Origin: Penicillus capitatus
Taxonomy: Eukaryota > Plantae > Chlorophyta
Assembly: GCA_965649825.1 (NCBI GenBank)
Contig: OZ287700.1
Location: 124,001 to 188,000, forward strand
Length of the DNA stretch: 64,000 nucleotides
Reading direction: 5' to 3'
Shown here: one piece after another, positions 62,836-64,000 of the stretch
Layout: each line of letters opens with the position of its first letter
Position numbering within the stretch: the stretch's first letter is position 1
Notes under the pieces: generated by a model
Database searches by the model: none
Told to the model about the DNA's origin: nothing
Seen by the model: the letters and a program-made list of their open reading frames with translations, nothing else
Position numbers and translations under genes: made by a program

Positions 62836-64000
62836 TTATTCTTCAGAATTGGACAGAAGAATCATATCTTCGTCGAGCTCAGGCGGCAGAGAACTGCCCG
62901 TTTCATTTTCTGTGTCGCTCTGAGGCGGCGGCGGGTCATGATCGACACGGACGTCGGTGGAGATCATACGTGATGGTGATGTGACAGCTGAGGAGATCGT
63001 GGCAGGAGGATGCTCAAACGGCGTTTCTGCTTCGCAGTTCTGCGGCATCTCTGCCCCGCCTCGAGGCAGAACGGATTCTCCTGATGCAAAGCGATCTTCC
63101 GTTGACGTGACAGGTTCCACTTGACTGGATGCTTCCGCATGCTCTATGTCCTCCTTTTCGCTCTCTACTTCGTCGAAATCGTCTTCATACGAGTCAGCGT
63201 GACTGGCAGTCGATGATTCGCCCTCGATATCGTCCATCGCTCTTCTTTCAGCCACGATGACGTTTGGATTCGGCAAGCACGGCGATGACATCCCTTCGGC
63301 TGATGGGATCCCGTTTTCAACAGCTGACGCCGAAAAGAGCTCAGCAAATTTGGGAGGCACTGGCAAGACAGGAACATTCGACAGCCACTCTCCGTTGCAC
63401 GGTATTGGCAGACACGGACTGCTAAGAGCATCCTTGGATCCCAAATCCACCGTCACAGGCACCGTGACAGAATCTAGCGAATGCGAAACGAAAGGACGAC
63501 ATTCCCACGGAATCGCAACGGGACTGGGTTGAGCGATCACTTGAGCCGATTCCCCAAGAACAGTCGCCAGTGCTGTGCTCAACGATGTTGATGCCTCAGC
63601 AACGCACGCACTCTTTGTCGTTGGACAAGAAACGGCGACGGCTGGCTGTTCGGGAGCCTCGGGCACATGAAGCAGCGTGAGAAGTCGCTGAGCGTTTTCT
63701 TGCATGCATGGGAGATTGGCTTTGGAGACAGCATCGTTTGGATCACCCGTAGCGTCTGACGGCTCAGAATCGCCCGTCTCCGAAACGCCATCGGTATCGT
63801 CCGACATCGACCCAGCAAAGATCCCCTCAATTCTGGAACGTATGGCGGTGTCTTCTACCAAAGACTGTCGCAAAGTGCTTCTGGGAAAGAATGTCGATCC
63901 TCCAATGTCCACAGGATCTCCTCCAGCCGCATCCCATGTCATCAGAGAGCGTTTCATCTCCTCCTTCAAGATCTCGATGCGATGCCTCAATGCATCCTCC
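62836..64000 (-). CDS. Hypothetical low-complexity Ser/Pro/Glu-rich protein, 5'-truncated by the window edge
   Basis: Frame open for >380 codons from the window end; short coiled-coil EDALRHRIEILKEEMKR; no recognisable domain. Confidence 0.5.
   Translation of the reverse strand, partial: EDALRHRIEILKEEMKRSLMTWDAAGGDPVDIGGSTFFPRSTLRQSLVEDTAIRSRIEGIFAGSMSDDTDGVSETGDSEPSDATGDPNDAVSKANLPCMQENAQRLLTLLHVPEAPEQPAVAVSCPTTKSACVAEASTSLSTALATVLGESAQVIAQPSPVAIPWECRPFVSHSLDSVTVPVTVDLGSKDALSSPCLPIPCNGEWLSNVPVLPVPPKFAELFSASAVENGIPSAEGMSSPCLPNPNVIVAERRAMDDIEGESSTASHADSYEDDFDEVESEKEDIEHAEASSQVEPVTSTEDRFASGESVLPRGGAEMPQNCEAETPFEHPPATISSAVTSPSRMISTDVRVDHDPPPPQSDTENETGSSLPPELDEDMILLSNSEE

Noticed and set aside
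62176-62973. 265-aa plus-strand ORF
   Set aside because: No ATG start or domain, overlaps the minus-strand ORF, and composition is not gene-like.

Overview
Nuclear DNA of a compact-genome photosynthetic eukaryote, most plausibly a chlorophyte green alga. Evidence: plastid-type genes (PLR1, Ycf66-like, lumenal TPR), axonemal genes (CCDC40, roadblock/LC7), a PPR-cyclin locus, and the standard genetic code. A siphonous ulvophyte is a guess only. About 30 genes can be reconstructed by hand. Most are split by ~45-65 nt introns, so the ORF track shows only fragments and misses some genes entirely (COX17 exons, roadblock, MPC, and an LTD-EEP nuclease running off the left edge). Core genes are packed extremely tightly: overlapping ORFs, shared stop codons, and a 19-nt ATG-to-ATG gap. 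The interval ~32-53 kb is accessory: F-box/LRR, a 6.5-kb beta-helix adhesin with a near-perfect 387-bp array, two pseudogenes, and an ~8-kb concentric inverted duplication. In that duplication only a HIR/band-7 gene and a ~430-bp non-coding element stayed conserved. Most notable: (1) the 293-nt, ~99% conserved, structured, Pol III-like core of that element; (2) a five-member, essentially intronless XPA-like zinc-finger family; (3) frequent GC-AG introns and a recurrent intronic TGATGTGAC motif; (4) same-strand overlapping or abutting gene pairs; (5) a ZUP1 deubiquitinase with tandem ZZ-like fingers inside its catalytic domain. All gene models and family calls are by eye and from memory, with no searches run.
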